This document shows positions 42,101 through 53,092 of a stretch of DNA of 64,000 nucleotides, piece by piece. Every line of letters begins with the position of its first letter. The first letter of the stretch is position 1. The DNA comes from Eledone cirrhosa. Lineage: Eukaryota. The stretch spans positions 328,600,001 to 328,664,000 of the forward strand of contig OZ024740.1 in assembly GCA_964016885.1 (NCBI GenBank), in the 5' to 3' direction. Below the pieces are notes generated by a model, which saw nothing but the letters and a program-made list of their open reading frames with translations, ran no database searches and had not been told where the DNA came from. A program made the position numbers and the translations under genes.

Positions 42101-45100
42101 TCTGTCCACCCAGTTTCCCTCATGATGCCCTGCAGAGGGATCAAACTTGAGACCTAATGATTGTGAAGCAAACTTCTGAACCATTCAGCCATACTACATC
42201 CATATTTCTATAAATATTCTAGTGGTGAATAATTTCCAGCAGAGCTAAGTTAAACAGTTGTAAACTATAAGCATGTTAAACAACAACCTCAAAACTGTAC
42301 TTTTTCCTTTATGCCTCTTTTATAACCACTACACCAACTGTTCATTTGAACTAACTTCTTGCATTCTTCTATCTATTTACTTTTCGCATCACTATTGTTC
42401 CTAAGAATGGCCACACACTGCAATTCCTGCTCCATTCATGTTTTTCTTTTAGATTTTTCAATTTCACATCCCTATTACATTGTTCCCACTAGCTGCAGAG
42501 AGTCTAAAAATGCTATGACCACTAACTACCCTCTCCTTGTTAGCCTATTAAAAATTGAAGATGGTCTGTTTTGTCTAAAGCAGTAATGTTAGCAATTGAC
42601 TTGCAAACTGGGTCAATATTTTAACAGCTTAATCACCCAGTCACAACACCATTGGTTATATGCCGAGATTTGGAGAATAATTCAAAATTGATAGTTATGA
42701 TGTATTGTGCCTCTGAGCAGCACTTAATACTACACAAACACACACATCTACTTTTCAGTAGAATATTTAACTGTAGAAGAGCATCCAGGTGTAAAACTAG
42801 TTTTTTATCATGCAAACATATGAGAATATTTTTTGAAGCATTCCATTGGCTGGAACATGTAAAAGAGTATAATGGTTTCTAATTTAGGCACAAGGCCAAC
42901 AATTTGAAGGGGGAGTAAGTTGATTACATTGACCCTAGCCTGGAAGGCAATGTTGATCACAGCAAGATTTGAATTCAGAAAATAAAGGGCTGTAGCTAAA
43001 TCCTGCAAAGCATTTTGTCTGATGTTTTAACAATTGTGCCAATCCACCACCTTGTATCTGTATACATAATGAAGTGAATATACAGCTGATTCTAGAAATG
43101 AGAATTACAAAACTCTGAAACTATCATAATCTATTGTTCTGAGTAAACTGACATTATGTTAGAAAGTATCTTGCATTTGAATCCTGACTTACCTTCAGTT
43201 AAAGGAAATATTTCACTCATGTACTGTCTAGCTGCTCTCAACCTCTCAAGTTCACCAGCTTGTCTCAGAGCTTTGATTAAATCCAAATGTGGGGTGTATG
43301 TGTAAGGATAGCTGAGGATCTGTTATATATAAAAAGCATAATATTAAGTGGAATCTAGCACCACAATGAAGTTTCCAGGCAAATTTATTGCTTTTAAATA
43401 GAGCAATGACAAATGTTGAATAGGGACACTTTTTCAGTTCAATTTTTAGTAAGGAAAAATAATTAATTGTGTTTGTCAGAGTCAAATGAGAGAGAAAATG
43501 ATTCTAGTATGGTGTTATAATAGGGTCCCAATGTTTAGAAATACAGCTGCAATTATAGATTATGTCCCTTGCATAATCATATGGCCTAATCTTTCATATC
43601 TGGTTTTACTCTTGTTATTTAAAGATAGGTCAACCTGGATGAAATGGACTTCTATCAAAGATCTTCCAGTTAGCACCATCTCATCTTTTTGTATATCAGG
43701 GACTACTTTCTGCAATGAACCTGCATTTAAGACAGTAGGATGTGATGGAGGGAAGAAGATTTGGTTATTTGGCCATGTACAGGTTTCTTTCTTGCAATGT
43801 AAGCAATCTATTACTGTTACCTCCTTTGGTTGTTGTTTTTAGATTTTAGACATCACTCGAGGCAGTTTTGTCTATTAATTGGTTGGATAGCCTTACTATA
43901 TTTCTATTCAGCACGCAATGTAGTCTCTATGAGGTATTTCCATCAGCCATATCATTGATATTCACAACAATATTGTATTTCTTTTATTTTCCTATACATT
44001 GCTTACTTCGATTTGCCAAATTATATGCTTCACTAAGGAGGCATAATAAGACCCAAACATGTAAATTGCTTTCACCACTTAGCTGTAAAGACCAGGTCAA
44101 CTCCTATCTGCACTGTCTATATTGTCCAAAGAATACTGATCAAATGATCATACTAGACTTATCTACCCTCTTTGTTATAGACATTATACAACCTCTAAGA
44201 TTTTTTGACCACTAATTCCTTGTATAAAATAAAATGATCAAAGGTTTTCAAATCACCATTATATGACATGTGGACCCTCTACTCTATTTGTATCTCGTGT
44301 GCAGAAAGCTTCTTTGAAGTATTTTCACTATTATCATTATGTGTTGTGCCTTCTACACCATGCGAGGGACATAAGCTATAACACCTGTTATAATAAAATA
44401 TAAACTCTAGTGATAATACTTGGTGCCTAATATATGCTTACCTCATTTATTTTCAGCCATAACATATCCTTCATATTCAATGTCTATATCTTGCTCTCAT
44501 ACTATCTCATACTTTCTACACTAGCTTCATAATTGTTAACAGATGTAATAGCTTCCTGAACCTTTTCTCTTTATTCTGTCTTTAGTTGATGTTTACAAAG
44601 GTTGTTAACATTACAAATAAATTAGATTCTGACTGTTTCAGTTTATAGATTTATCATATGAAATTAGCAATATAATTAAAAGAGAATTTCCAGTATTAAC
44701 AACTAAAAGTTATATTTTATTAGAAACTGTTTTAAGACTAGTTAGCTTACGTCTACGTATTTATAAGTTTACAATCGTTACATATCTATTTCCTTAAACA
44801 ACTAAGCAAAGTTAACTTTATTATCTATTACTCTTTTGATACTTAAAGGTGTGGTGTTGAACCGTGTAAAGCATCATTTCCATAGGTGTAGAGGAACCAC
44901 AAGGTTATGTGAAATCAGGTGTCTAAATAAAACTTAAAGATTTATGGCATTATTCTATTCTTTTACTGGTCACAGTCATTAGCTTGTGATCATGGTGAGG
45001 CACAGCTGTCAAGATAGATAGATATGATCAACTCAATTACTTATTTTTTTAAAAGTTTGGTACTTATTTTACCAATCTCTACATGTCGAACTGCTAAACA

Positions 45101-45466
45101 TAAACAGTAGATGTATACAGAGACACAAACACTCTCACTCACACACACACATATATGAGTGTAGGAGGGAAAACAGACATAATAAATGATGGTCAAGCTA
45201 CACATACATGTCTGTATGTGTATATCCATATATATGTGCATATACATACATGGAGAAAGCACATGTGTTTAGAAAATTGAATTAGAAGAAGCCCATCTTT
45301 TCCTGTTCAGTTGGCGTCAGACTATTATATTTAGCCAAACTTATGGCGAAATCTAATTCAATATATATATATATACATATAACATATACAAGACAGACAT
45401 CCATGCAGTGGGACTAAACCTGTGACTCCATGGATTTGAATCAAACTCCTTTACTACACAATCATG

Positions 45467-45505
<39 letters not shown>

Positions 45506-46635
45506 CACACATACATATCTATCTATCGTAATTTTAAAATATTTTCGATGCTGGCATGTGTTGGGTGGTACTTATACATAATTTGTTGCTAAAACAACTT
45601 TTGTTTCGTTTAATGGTTGTAATAAAAGTAGGTGGTGGGTAATGTTCATAACATATAAGTATGAGCTTTAATGGTATATGAGTTTCAAAGCAAAATAAGT
45701 TTTGGAACAACTAATGTAGAGAAAATAAGAATGAAAGCAGAAGCAAACTGAAGAATCCCAGAGAAAACTTTAGGAAATTTTAGCATCTGGCTTTCAATTT
45801 TATTCTTCAATATTTTCTGTCACTTGACTACTGTGTCCAAGATGAGGCACCGCCGAATACATATTACAAAAAACAATTCTGGTACTTATTTTATCGATTT
45901 ATTTCTGTCGATCTGCTACAGTTTTCGTCTATCAAAATTCGTCTCGGTGATAAAGGCTACATTCAAATTATGAATAATTTTTAAAATGTGTTGTTATTAA
46001 TGAAACTTGTATGAAATAAAACTAAAAAAATAAAAACGCATATTTAATACTTTCTATTAGGAAATTAAATTGTTATTCATTTACAATAAAAGGTTAATTA
46101 AGAGAAGGGACGTAACTCTATGTTGTGTTGACAAAATGCAAGGAGGGGGGGGGGCATCATCATCATCATCATAACCTGAAGTAGCGGACTTGAAACAGGG
46201 TTCACTGAAATATTTTTGGAATTATAAAGTTTGACAGTTTTTCATGTATGTCTAAAGCTTTTACTTCAATATGTTAATCTTTTATGATATGGTCTAGTAT
46301 TTTCAATAGGGGGAGATGGGTTATTGTATTCTATTTATAATTAAGTTTAAGCGTTCTTTTTAAATCTCTCAATAATATTTGGGATCTGTATCATGAAAAA
46401 AAATATATATTGGAGACCACGTAATATTGAAACTTTTAATTTAAATGGTTAGGTGTTTTGAAAATAATAATAATAATAATAATGGTCAACAGCTCAAAAT
46501 AACTACAGTAAACATATAGAAAATAATTTGTTACGAATGTAGCAAAATTGTAAGAAGTGTATTACAGATATATATTGGAGGGGTAAAAAAAAAAACAATA
46601 ACAGAAAACAATACAAGCGATGGTATAAATCTGAT

Positions 46636-46697
<62 letters not shown>

Positions 46698-47428
46698 TAC
46701 ACACACTGTTGGTCACTTCAAGAGAACGCCTAACAGAAGATTCCATTGGATATTCGATGCGTTATCTCACCTTATAGATTATTTTAGCAATAAATCTGTA
46801 CATATAAGCATTAACACACACATTATACATATGCTAGAAAATACATATACATACAAGGGTTTACTTATATATTTATGTATAAATTCAATATGAATTCATT
46901 TGACCAGGTAAAGAGAAAATGGTATATATATATTTTTAATGGTTGATATAGAGTTTAAAGGAAGTATTTCTCAGAACACGTCTAGTATATATTTTATCAA
47001 ACACGAAGAAATGGGGGGAAAAAATTGGAATATGACGAGAATCACAAATGACAAAAATTACAGCAGTGAATTTACTCTGGTTATCAACTAACACGGACAT
47101 CTACCCACTCTTTACTAAATTCAATAATACTACTATATACCAATAATAATAATAGCGAATCCCTAAATTACAAGAAAAAATAAACAAGAACATAAAATAC
47201 AAGAAACGGGAGGGGGAGGAAGGGGTTTGAATTACTTACTTGTTCTTCTAGACAACGTATTTTTTCTTTCTCTGCTTCATCGTCATCTTCGGAATCCAGT
47301 TCAGAACTGCTGTCATCTCCTTCCTCAGCCTCCATATCTTCGTCTTCTGGACACAACATTAGACTGTCGTCCGCAGTTGGAGACATTTCACCCACTGCCG
47401 GTTCGTCAACATCACCTTTATCCGACAT
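6967..47428 (-). CDS. SART3: SART3/Prp24/p110 (U4/U6 snRNP recycling factor), 23 coding exons, predicted 929 aa
   Basis: Manually joined GT-AG exons keep phase throughout (sum 2790 nt). Acidic N-terminus; HAT repeats (MSEIFPLTEELWLEWL, DPARIQCIYERA, RSVRNCPW, KARELWNSIM); two RRMs (RTIFVSNI/KGYAYVEF and KLFIKGL/KGLAYVEY); C-terminal MSNDDFRKMLLK motif diagnostic of Prp24/SART3. Confidence 0.96.
7438..8840 (-). mobile_element. Degenerate 5'-truncated RTE LINE in the last SART3 intron
   Basis: GVHQSSVLSP, LYADD, SGKWPCSVC; frameshifts; (GAT)n tail at 7438-7454. Confidence 0.88.
9089..9261 (-). CDS. SART3: SART3 exon 22 (ADAAKAVLKTDG...VSISNPP...GGGKKESE)
   Basis: CAG/GTAAGT boundaries, 173 nt, conserved ISNPP. 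Confidence 0.92.
9905..10200 (-). mobile_element. RTE 3'-end fragment
   Basis: (GAT)n tail, CTGGATGCCCTTCCTAAC block and CACTGTAAAGTG-type units. Confidence 0.75.
10438..10521 (-). CDS. SART3: SART3 exon 21 (HGALKDVRLVTYRSGTPKGLAYVEYADA), RRM2 RNP1
   Basis: TAG/GTAAGT boundaries, 84 nt. Confidence 0.93.
10790..11762. repeat. Purine-rich compound minisatellite (12-, 16-, 18- and 25-nt units)
   Basis: GAGGAAGAGAAC, GAGTGAGGAAGAGAAC, GAGAGTGAGGAAGAGAAC and AAGGGGAGAGGCGAGTGAGTAAGAG arrays in succession. Confidence 0.95.
11775..11864 (-). CDS. SART3: SART3 exon 20 (FSTDMEKNKLFIKGLPF...IFKE), RRM2 RNP2
   Basis: CAG/GTAAG boundaries, 90 nt. Confidence 0.93.
12045..12273. mobile_element. TTAA-flanked MITE family B (piggyBac-like ends)
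   Basis: Ends AACCCTTTAGCATTTA...TAAATGCTAAA; homologous to 14484-14690 and, inverted, to 29971-30199. Confidence 0.75.
12660..12767 (-). CDS. SART3: SART3 exon 19 (NSLEKALKMDR...GRPIFVS...HQFK)
   Basis: CAG/GTGAGC boundaries, 108 nt. Confidence 0.92.
14299..14382 (-). CDS. SART3: SART3 exon 18 (CGDIVQIRLV...KGYAYVEFKSA), RRM1 RNP1
   Basis: CAG/GTACGT boundaries, 84 nt. Confidence 0.93.
14484..14690. mobile_element. TTAA-flanked MITE family B copy
   Basis: Co-linear with 12045-12273. Confidence 0.72.
15170..15910 (+). mobile_element. Old RTE LINE 3' fragment
   Basis: LHGSETW- and VQERRLCWYGH-like translation; (GAT)n tail. Confidence 0.8.
16048..16166 (-). CDS. SART3: SART3 exon 17 (EGPPPGF...DRTIFVSNISY...LFSK), RRM1 start
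   Basis: CAG/GTAAGT boundaries, 119 nt, RNP2. Confidence 0.92.
16314..16554. mobile_element. TTAA-flanked MITE family A (older). Related copies near 4300-4499, 12918-13156, 13971-14204, 17100-17299, 25887-26034 and 38017-38262
   Basis: TTAACCC(T)TTTGTTACCA ... TGGTAWCAAAAGGGTTAA-type termini and a shared internal ATGATTTTCAAAT block. Confidence 0.65.
17405..17680 (+). mobile_element. RTE 3' UTR fragment
   Basis: Three AAAAAGCACCCAG..CTGTAAAGTGG units, CATCCAGCCGTAGAAAC, GATGAT end. Confidence 0.8.
17928..18060 (-). CDS. SART3: SART3 exon 16 (IHEQQL...DKDGFKIP...PTAAKKVKI)
   Basis: CAG/GTAAG boundaries, 133 nt, phase-consistent linker. Confidence 0.83.
18851..19227 (+). mobile_element. tRNA-derived SINE family 2 head joined to an RTE 3' tail
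   Basis: A-box TAGTGGTTAGAGC, B-box GAGTTCAATTC and a CORE-like TCCTTGAGCAAGACACT block, then sequence near-identical to the RTE 3' UTR (3950-4093) and (GAT)n. Confidence 0.78.
19828..19956 (-). CDS. SART3: SART3 exon 15 (AKEKEQMMKEQKR...AMKRK), basic NLS-like region
   Basis: TAG/GTAGGT boundaries, 129 nt. Confidence 0.85.
21995..23838 (-). mobile_element. 5'-truncated CR1/L2-group LINE (RT ORFs 23095-23880 and 22202-23104)
   Basis: SPGLDG, NYRPVS, VYLDFAK, SGVPQGSVLGP, YADD, RPHLEFASPVWNP and VQRRATK motifs; break near 23100; (ATT)n tail near 21997. Confidence 0.92.
23928..24004 (-). CDS. SART3: SART3 exon 14 (GTLEDYE...QQRQAL)
   Basis: TAG/GTAAGT boundaries, 77 nt. Confidence 0.9.
25340..25590 (-). 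mobile_element. SINE family 2 copy with a non-RTE tail. Related decayed copies near 39730-39950 and 49710-49900
   Basis: Minus strand CAGTGGTTAGAG...GGGTTCAAATCC head and TTGCTCC..AGATGA body as at 18851, but a different 3' part. Confidence 0.65.
25712..25824 (-). CDS. SART3: SART3 exon 13 (AYGNAKNCRKVLQRALNSVTDWP...FEREE)
   Basis: TAG/GTAAG boundaries, 113 nt. Confidence 0.93.
26035..28445 (-). mobile_element. 5'-truncated RTE-clade LINE, copy 2 (ORF 26899-28350 plus frameshifted C-terminus)
   Basis: TWWWN linker, full RT motifs, PHD-like insert, (GAT)n tail at 26035-26046; same subfamily as 2049-4212. Confidence 0.93.
29522..29631 (-). CDS. SART3: SART3 exon 12 (VRHCKNIEKARELWNSIM...MWMEYFQME)
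   Basis: TAG/GTGAGT boundaries, 110 nt. Confidence 0.92.
29971..30199. mobile_element. TTAA-flanked MITE family B, best-preserved copy
   Basis: TTAA-CCCTTTAGCATTTA ... TAAATGCTAAAGAG-TTAA terminal inverted repeats. Confidence 0.82.
30500..30772 (+). mobile_element. RTE 3' UTR fragment
   Basis: CACTGTAAAGTG units, AACCCATGCTAGCATGG, (GAT)n tail. Confidence 0.78.
30802..30860 (-). CDS. SART3: SART3 exon 11 (FGDFRGDPSSLQQYWASIE)
   Basis: TAG/GTAAG boundaries, 59 nt, conserved GDP...WAxIE. Confidence 0.88.
31180..31372 (+). mobile_element. Mariner deletion-derivative MITE
   Basis: TA-flanked imperfect TIRs (GCTGAAAAGTTCATAG / CTATGAACTTTTTAG). Left ~110 bp matches 50837-50955 and right ~85 bp matches 51890-51975. 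Confidence 0.75.
31457..32315 (-). mobile_element. RTE LINE 3' fragment (divergent subfamily)
   Basis: SGKWPCSIC..CTQC..HKRC..CSRC, YLGD, LHGSETW, RLRWYGH; (GAT)n tail. Confidence 0.88.
32420..32485 (-). CDS. SART3: SART3 exon 10 (DYKEELADFRATIQKAIHSLKT)
   Basis: CAG/GTTAGT boundaries, 66 nt, phase-consistent. Confidence 0.85.
33584..33769 (-). mobile_element. SINE family 1
   Basis: Full head and body; 15-bp TSD CTGAAGAAATATAAT. Confidence 0.87.
33937..34044 (-). CDS. SART3: SART3 exon 9 (ELYDQAINSGF...CDYKRRRIDWTK)
   Basis: CAG/GT boundaries, 108 nt. Confidence 0.9.
34524..34662 (-). CDS. SART3: SART3 exon 8 (DTKLPIKK...RSVRNCPW...AKIT)
   Basis: TAG/GT boundaries, 139 nt, conserved RNCPW. 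Confidence 0.93.
35380..35541 (-). CDS. SART3: SART3 exon 7 (AATDEYY...DPARIQCIYERA...YTRYL)
   Basis: CAG/GTAAG boundaries, 162 nt. Confidence 0.93.
35765..35892 (-). CDS. SART3: SART3 exon 6 (GIKETYAE...LKPFEKEL)
   Basis: TAG/GTATGT boundaries, 128 nt. Confidence 0.9.
35959..36147 (-). mobile_element. SINE family 1
   Basis: B-box GAGTTCGAATCC; 15-bp TSD TTTATTCAGCTAATA. Confidence 0.87.
36230..36535 (+). mobile_element. Highly decayed RTE 3' fragment
   Basis: RRLNWYGH-like remnant; similar to 15600-15910. Confidence 0.6.
37320..37419 (-). CDS. SART3: SART3 exon 5 (PEEADTG...LFKRQLSVPLL)
   Basis: CAG/GTAAG boundaries, 100 nt, conserved RQLxVPL. Confidence 0.9.
39284..39468 (-). CDS. SART3: SART3 exon 4 (VDVWLEYVQY...IWDAYREFENAILAGLE)
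   Basis: TAG/GTATGA boundaries, 185 nt. Confidence 0.93.
40188..40350 (-). mobile_element. SINE family 1 (5'-shortened)
   Basis: Shared body; TSD-like CCACCNTCATCATAAT on both sides. Confidence 0.82.
40403..40504 (-). CDS. SART3: SART3 exon 3 (ELWLEWLKDE...AITDYL)
   Basis: CAG/GT boundaries, 102 nt, HAT repeat. Confidence 0.92.
43193..43319 (-). CDS. SART3: SART3 exon 2 (ILSYPYTY...MSEIFPLTE)
   Basis: CAG/GTAAGT boundaries, 127 nt, conserved FPLTE. Confidence 0.92.
47240..47428 (-). CDS. SART3: SART3 coding exon 1 (MSDKGDV...RCLEEQ)
   Basis: ATG at 47428, acidic tract, GTAAGT donor, 189 nt. Start codon is inferred. Confidence 0.85.
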
Positions 47429-47954
47429 TTTTAACGTCAATATCTGGCTTCTTTTTCTAAAGAGCGACCTTTCTAAGCAAAGATAACTTAGGGTGTACAA
47501 GAGAACATTTTTTTTTCATAGTCAATTTAATTACGTTTTCTTTATTTACTTCAAATATTACTACGAATAATAGCGATATTTTATTAATAAAAAACAACAA
47601 CAAAAAAGAACAACGCAATATCGAATTAGTAAGTATTCTAGTGGTTATCTAAATAACATCTAAAAGAAAAAAAAAAGAGATCGAGTTTAGAGTGAAGATA
47701 TCAGTAAGAGAACTGTGTGCTAGGTAAAATATTTATTAGACGTCAGTTTGCTGGGAAGCGGTAAGGTGGAGTGGGGGCAGTTTATTGGCTAAGGTCAAAT
47801 TACAATATTCTAAATTTGACATATTCTTTATATTTTGTGAATCTCTAACACAATTTCCCAGTACCCAAATACCGTTTCAGGTAAACTTAAGTTGTTCCTT
47901 CAAATGTTATTTCCCCTTTCCCATTCAAATACTATATAATAAAACCACAGACAC

Positions 47955-48620
<666 letters not shown>

Positions 48621-50298
48621 TCATGTTGCATTTAATATCTGTAGATAATAAATTACGTCTGTTTCTCATATTACGCACGGAGAGAGGAAGCAAGCGAATG
48701 ATATTTGCTCTGGGATACATCATCTACTGCAATTAATTGGAACAAACACATATAGCAGGCAAACCTGTCTACCTTTTATTGCTTTACGCGCATCAAGGTG
48801 CAGGGGATAAATAAGTAGGTCACCATAACCTAGCATTATTTACAAAAGTCTTTTATGCAGACGAAAAAGACTGTGAGCATCCCTCCCCTCCGCTGCCTCG
48901 ACATTTTTTTTTTTTTGTTATCACTTTATCTTTTTTTTTAAATCTATTTTTTTCTTTTCCTTTTTATTTATTCTACTTTCCTGCCTTTTAGCAAAGATTA
49001 AAACTTACGCTTTTCACTGAATAGTTGTTTTATTCGTTTGACTGAAGACGAGGGTGAGAGTTCATAGTCCTTTTGTGTTGCAGTCATCTTAAACTGGCAG
49101 AGTTAACTAGGTTAGGTACTCAGAGACGCCATTGGTATGAACAATAATAGTTAGTTAATATAGATATTGCGGTGAGCAAATTCTAATTAGAAATATTTAT
49201 TTTGAGAGAAGACATCATAACATGAAGATTTAATTCGTAACCTAGTTTAACACAACCACATGGTCCTTGGGTGCCTTTAGTGGAGCCTATTCTATTGCAA
49301 GCATTTGAATCTATTTTCCGGTTTTAAGATATCTCCCTCCCATCACTCCAGTAAACCCTGAAAGCGGTTCTCTCACTGCCCTTCCATCTAAAACATACAC
49401 TAGGCACAGTACTCAGCTATGTCAATAATACACAGTACTCAGCTATGTAAATAATCGAAAAAAGGAAATTTAAAATTCTTTTCTGTAGCTTAGACATAGG
49501 AAGACAAGCAGCATCCACGAACTTTAACAGGTCACAGGTGCTGATCGACATACTAAGTACCAATACAGGTCTTTGATATATTATAGGTCTTACATATATT
49601 ATATAGTGAGCTGTAAAACGTTGATCACACAAGATTTTCCAAAGACCTTCGAAAATCGTGATAGAAACACAAAGGTTAAAAGTAGTTTCAAGTTTGTTCC
49701 AAGCCTGGAGGCTCACCAAGCCCGAGTGTATCCCGGTTTCATTGGTGTTAAGCAGCGGAGAGTACTAGACGTCAGTGCATCACAGCGTTTATTCCCAACA
49801 GATGCTGGTACTCAGCATCTGAGTTAACTGGAGTAATGTGAAATAAAGAACATAGTGCGTTACCTGGCCCAACATTAACTCTTAACGTCTTGTACCACGG
49901 ACATTACATTAGCAAAGCATTCTTGAAAAGCACAAAACAGCATTATGACTACATCATTAAAAATCAAAGGGTTTACTTTAGTTTACTGCAAATTTTCACA
50001 ACGTTATCTCTATCAACAAGGATACTATAATTATTTGAATTAATAAATATGCTTTTAGATATTTTCTGCTTAATCATTACATTCGTTAAGAGTTAAGATC
50101 ATAAACACAACACCCTGACCATTTGGCCATTTGCCTGAATGGAAACGGTAGAAGAAATTTTCATTCATAGATTGCTGCAGTATGAAGTAGTTTATCAAGA
50201 TACCGAGTTATCTTCCTACTGGTGACCTAGACAAGAGAGAACTCCGCTAAAGCCCCCGGCGATCACGGAATGACATTAAATTTGGAAACGGATTAATT

Positions 50299-50493
50299 TA
50301 GACCTGCCAACCTCTAAAAATCCAAACAGAGAGTACCATGAAAAAAAGGGCCCCAAAACGGGGAGAAATGAGGCAAAATGGGGAGATTTTACATAATGAA
50401 AGTTGTACCCATTTTCACAAGAGAAGTCATCTATCATTCACCCCAGAATGGGTAGGAGATCTCGCCGTCGGACGGGGAGAGTTGACAGGTCTG
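50299..50493. mobile_element. MITE with AGACCTGYCAAC terminal inverted repeats (hAT-like)
   Basis: TAGACCTGCCAACCTCT ... GAGAGTTGACAGGTCTG; second copy at 52483-52883. Superfamily is inferred; no clear 8-bp TSD. Confidence 0.7.
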
Positions 50494-50836
50494 TTTATTA
50501 CACCACCAAACAACGGGTACAATTCATCAAACAGGCTTCCACACAGTAGTTTCTACCTAATTTTACTCACATTTGCCTGAGCTCAATTATTGAATGCTAT
50601 CTTCAACTTTTGAAGTTTTGGTCAATCTCTATTGAGAATGTTATGCGTCTAGAAACCCCAAAATCTTTGCCATAAATTTTAATCAGTAGATTTCAGATTG
50701 ATCTCTGACAAATCTATAACTAATATTTTAAGTAATACTATATAAACGAACTATGTATAAACTTGTATAAGAAAGTGTTGTTGATTTCATGCATCGATAT
50801 ACATTCCCCAATTTATAATGAAAGAGAAAGGAAACA

Positions 50837-51975
50837 TATGAGAGTGGGTTGAACAGTTCATAGGAAGACTATGAAGGAATAATACTAGGGCTGTGACATT
50901 TTACATATATCAATTTCAACTCATCTTATCAATAACTGCATTGTTTCTTTTCAGGTAGACTGACATAGGGGATAACGCTCCAGTTTTATCAACGGGGCAA
51001 AAGTGGGCAGTTGAATTTAGGAGGGGAAAGGAGAGTCTTGAAGATGACCCAAGGTCTGGACGTCCTGCAATTGCCATCTCCGAAGAAAACATTCATCGTG
51101 TTCATAATATGGATGATAGGCGATTGACTATAAATCAAATATCCAATGTTATTAGCATATCCTGTCAGAGAGTTGAGAATATTTTTCTCAATGAACTTGG
51201 CATGACGAAGGTTTTTGCTCGGTGTGTGCCACGTTTTCTGACTCCTCATTAGAAGTGCACCAGGCTGATCACATCACGAAAAAGTCTGACATTGTTTGAG
51301 GCAGATCCAGCTGGTTTCCTTGAACGTTTCCTAACCCTGGATGAGTGTGCAGTTCATCACTTTGAGCCAGAGACAAAGAGACTATCCATGAGGTGAAAAC
51401 ACCCCTCCTCGCCTGCACCAAAGAAGGTCAAGGTCGTTTCATCTTCAGGGAAGGTGATGGCCTTAGTTTGGGGGGAGATAAAAAAACCTTGTGTTTATTG
51501 ACTATCTTCAAAAGAGTCACTCGATCAATGAAAAGTACTATGCCAACTTGCCGAGGCAGTTACAAAAGGCTATTAAGACCAAATGCCCTGGGAAACTGAC
51601 GAAAGGTGTCTTGTTTCGTTAAGACAATGCTCCATCACACAAGTCCTTGGTTTCAATGGTTGCTGTGTGTGGCTGTGACTTTGAATGGGTTGAAACCAGC
51701 CCCCGATTTGGTCCGAGCTGAATATCATCGGTTTCCCAACATGTAACAACACTTGGCTGGGAACCAGCCTCGCAGTGATGATGACGTCATGTTGATGATA
51801 TTTTTGTTACCAACTGGAGGACATTTTTTTCAACCATTGGGATCTAAGCACTGCAACACCGATGGATGAAGTGTGTGGACTGTAAGGGGGACTATGTTGA
51901 AAAATAAACCTCATTTGGTCACATTCTATGAGAGTATCTTGGTCAGGCTATTAACTTTTCAGCCAACCCCTCGTG
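50837..51975 (+). mobile_element. Decayed mariner transposon with internally deleted, pseudogenised transposase
   Basis: Translation gives ESLEDDPRSGRP, DRRLT, ARCVPRFLT (WVPxxL motif), TLDE..HHFEPETK, GKVMA, DNAPSH and DYVEK*; stops and frameshifts; imperfect TIRs (left GGGTTGAACAGTTCATAG, right CTATTAACTTTTCAGCCAACCCCTCG). Confidence 0.9.
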
Positions 51976-52482
51976 TCTTTCTAATCGGATATATCCATGT
52001 AAGTGAAGTGATCTATCCAGTAGAGTAGTTACAGTTTGTGCTGTCATTGACTTTACATTATCCCCACTAAAACAACGTAATACACATTTAAGAAAAAAAC
52101 AAAACAAAAGAGCCTCCCTCTCAAATTTTTGTTACCTGAGATGGTTTGTCTTTCTCTAGCGATGTTCCTGGAACATTGGATTCCCTTGGGGAAAAAACCT
52201 TCAGAAACACTGCATTTGGGAACCTAGTTCGACACAGTAAATGAATGGAACTTTATACTATCACCTTATTGATTCGTTGACATGTTAGTAATAGATTTAG
52301 TTGAAGCTTCTTTGCTTGAAACATCAGTAGTTAGTCCTCTGTTTCCAAGGTAGACGAATTCATCCAAACTGGAGAACTTTACTTCAGAAACTTAACACTA
52401 TAAGCTAAGGAAATGTGCGTTAATTGTACAATTAATGACATTTGAAAAATGAGGTTATTGCTGTTTAACCCCAAGTCATTCC

Positions 52483-52883
52483 TAGACCTGTCAACCTCTA
52501 AAAAACCAACGAAGAGTACCATGAAAGCAAGAGACCATAAATGGGGAAAAATGAGGGAAAATGCGGAGATTTTACATAATTGTTTCTACTTTAGGCACAA
52601 GGCCAGCAATTACCCAGTACATTACTGGTACTTTTATTTTATCGACTCCGTAAGGATGAAAAGCAAAGTTAACCTCGACGGGATTTGAACTCAAACCGTA
52701 AAGGGACGTAACTATGCTAGAAAGCATGGCGTCCAACCCTCTACTGATACTGCCAATTCACCGCCATATGGGGAGATTTTACATAATGAAATCTATACAC
52801 ATTTTCACAAAAACGGGGAGACGGGGAGAAATGAGCCAAAACGGTGAGATCTCCCCGTCGGACGGGGGGAGTTGACAGGTCTC
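52483..52883. mobile_element. hAT-like MITE copy 2, interrupted by a family 1 SINE
   Basis: Same TIRs and body as 50299-50493. Confidence 0.72.
52581..52767 (-). mobile_element. SINE family 1 nested in the MITE
   Basis: 20-bp TSD ATGSGGAGATTTTACATAAT (52561-52580 and 52768-52787). Confidence 0.87.
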
Positions 52884-53092
52884 CATTCGTGACCGAGCAG
52901 GCAGGGGATCAAAGGCATTCCAGCCATGGCCATTCCATTTTTATCTATTTATTTATTTGTTTGCTTGTATGTATCAGAAACTCAGTTTCGCATCATCCAA
53001 CGTGTATCAGTTTATGACGGTAAAGTGAGATTAGAGGACGTTTCAACTGCTATCTCTAGTAGGGTGAATAACCACATAGAAGCTCTCTCAAT

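Noticed and set aside
50299-52883. Composite transposon of two MITEs flanking the mariner
   Set aside because: Each MITE has its own TIRs, copy 2 sits inside another repeat, and no shared outer TSD is seen.
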